Shown here: positions 61,556-64,000 of the stretch, in pieces
How positions within the stretch are numbered: the first letter of the stretch is position 1
How the letters are laid out: each line of letters begins with the position of its first letter
DNA from: Leucoraja ocellata
Taxonomy: Eukaryota
Assembly: GCA_036785375.1 (NCBI GenBank)
Contig: JAWMAR010000261.1
Coordinates: forward strand, 930,001-994,000
Direction of reading: 5' to 3'
Length of the DNA stretch: 64,000 nt
Notes under the pieces: generated by a model
What the model saw: the letters and a program-made list of their open reading frames with translations, nothing else
Told to the model about the DNA's origin: nothing
The model's database searches: none
Position numbers and translations under genes: made by a program

Positions 61556-63192
61556 ACTCACCTCGCTCATGCTGACTGTGATGTACATCGACACTAATCC
61601 CATGTGCCTACATTAGACCTGTGTTCCTCCATGTCGTCCCTATCCAATTACCTGTTCAAATGCCTTTTAAGAATTGTAATTCTATCTGCCACTTCATCTG
61701 ACATCTATTTCCAGGCATTCACCAGTGTGTGAGAAAAAATTACCCCTCAGATCTCCTTTAAATTTCTCCCTTCTCATCTTAAATCTGTGCCCTTTAGTCT
61801 TCCCTGCCCACAAAAAACTCTCGACTGTCTTTGCCCTTCAAGATTGTATAAAGCTCCACAAGGTCTTGCCTCAGTTACCTACGTTCCAGTGAGAATACAC
61901 CCAGCCTACCCAATCTCTCTTTGTAACAAGTCTTCAATTCTAGACGACATCCACGTGAATCTCTTACGCAACCTCTCTGTTACCACATCCTTCCTGAAAC
62001 GTGGCAACAAGCACAGTTCACAATACTCTTACTGAAGTCTGACCAATACAACATGACATACCAACTATCACACAATGCCTCAGCCTACGAAGGCAAGTAT
62101 AGAAAATGCCCTTTTCACCACCCCATCCACGTGTTACCACCTTCAATAAACAATGGACTTGCACCCCAAGGTCTCCGTGTACATAATTGCTCCTCAAGTC
62201 CCTGCCATTTATTCTTTGTGTCCTACCAGAATTTGACCTTCCAGATATGATCTCACTGTTATCTTGATTCAATTCCATCTGCTAACACAGCTGCCAACCT
62301 TCCATCTCATCTTTGTCCTGCTGTACCAAGGCAAACTTCTTCATTATCTTCGACTCCATCAATGTTTGCACCATCTGCATAATCCACCCTTCAATTTCAT
62401 TCAAGTCATATATACGTTAGAAACAGTTCCCCGCACTGATCGCTGATATGCCACTTGAAGATGTCCAGTCATAAAAGCAGCCATCCACCCATCTGCCCCG
62501 TATCACATCTCCAACAGTAGTTGTCCACAACTAAAACACAGCAAGATGTGGGACAAAGTGTCCAAAGTTCAGGCACAAGTTGCTAGCTGTCCTCTTAACT
62601 ATTTCTGTCTTTTAAACATTGATCTAGCATTATGCAGATATGAACCTTCTGCGTAAAGGTTGCAATGTATTAGACACCCATACAATGCAATTTCTGCCAT
62701 TAACAGTTGTTCATGCATGCTTGCTTTGGCTAGGTTTTTTAGTTTTGAGATACAACATGGAAACAGGCCCTTCGGCCCAATGAAACCATGTCACCAATTG
62801 ATCACCTGCTCACACTAGTTCTATGTTATTCCTACGGAAGCCAATTAATCTACAAACCCGCACGGCTTTAGGATGTGGGAGGATCTGGAAGAAACCCTCA
62901 TCATGCAAACTCCACACAGACAGCATCCAAAGTCAGGATTGAACCCAGATCTCTAGCACTGTGATGCATCAGTTCAACAGGCTCTATGCCACCCTTCTAG
63001 TGGACAATGAGTCAGAAACAACATACACCAATTGTTCTCTTCTTTGTGACAGAAGGGAAAATTGGCTCTGGAATGACAGAATAGCTAGCCTGCATTTCAA
63101 CATCAGGTGTCATTCAGTGACTAATGCTACCCTGCTGTGGCAAGCACAGGGTCAAACTTTGTTTAAAGCTCATTGCCAAATAATGTCTCAAC

Positions 63193-63353
63193 GTGAGACA
63201 CAAAGTGCTGAAGCAAAGAAGGGTCAGAAATAGGGTCCCGACCTGAAATGTCAACTGTCCATGTGCTCCAGATGTGTTGCCTGATCCAAGAAGTTATTCC
63301 AGCACTTTGTGTCTTTTGTTTTGGTAAACCAGCACCTGCAGTTCCTTGTTTTG
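63193..63353. mobile_element. Decayed fold-back Penelope-derived mini-element with 12-bp TSD
   Basis: TAATGTCTCAAC at 63181-63192 and 63354-63365. Confidence 0.72.
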
Positions 63354-64000
63354 TAATGTCTCAACATTCTTTGACAAGCATACATGAAAATAGCTTGAAG
63401 CTTCCAGATAGAAATGGCTCATTGCTGGTGTTTGCTTTCCCCATAAGCAAAGATCCCAGTCACATTTATACATTTTGTTCCTGTATCCTTTGACTTCAAA
63501 CATCAAATCAATTTAATCTTGAATTTTGACAGCTAATGATTTTAACTGCAAACCATGAAAATTAGTACCCTAAATGCTTAACTTACATCCATATTCTATG
63601 AAATTGAACCAAATAATTTGTTCATCAAACTTCCATGTTCAAACACTATCCAACAGAAACTGCAGCCAGCTACTTTTGTGCTACCTTTTGCTGCTGCTAT
63701 TTCCTCTAACAGTTGAGTCATATTTGATCATCTAAGATGAGCCGACCCCCAACCCCTCAAAAAAACCAAACAATTTGCAGTCTTCCCTCATCCAACTGAA
63801 AGTCCCAAGTGTAAAGAATAAATTACTTACATCCTAAAAATGTGAAGATCAGATTTTTGCACCTCTGATGTGTTGGGAATGACTGCCAAAAATGAATTAA
63901 GTGTGAAACTCTTAGCAGTTTCAGGGACTTCAAATTAACTCAGTCATGTAGCTTGCTTCGAAGGTAGACAAAAATGCTGGAGAAACTCAGCGGGTGCAGC

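Overview
This is eukaryotic vertebrate DNA. The repeat landscape (HE1/V-SINEs, CR1, Penelope) points to a skate or ray. It has three N-gaps: 567-766, 56174-56370 and 58351-58478. Most of the window is one minus-strand, intron-rich gene for an orphan nuclear receptor of the TR2/TR4 group, best called NR2C1 (TR2). I traced 13 coding exons by hand from 56889 down to 8386. All have GT-AG boundaries and consistent phases, totalling 1832 nt (610 codons plus 2 nt). The terminal exon is not visible in the window. The introns are packed with transposable elements: CR1, Rex1/Babar, RTE, RTE-X and L1-like LINE fragments, HE1-type tRNA SINEs, a decayed Tc1, two Helitron families, three Harbinger-type MITEs and a decayed Penelope element. 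The most striking non-genic signal is a recurrent family of about 160-220 bp fold-back, Penelope-derived mini-elements. Each is flanked by a 12-16 bp target-site duplication, and their parent terminus carries a hammerhead-ribozyme-like core. The NR2C1 protein also has a three-exon N-terminus that combines features of mammalian NR2C1 and NR2C2. Most ORFs in the supplied track are repeat-derived or spurious. All family assignments come from my recognition of motifs, not from database searches.
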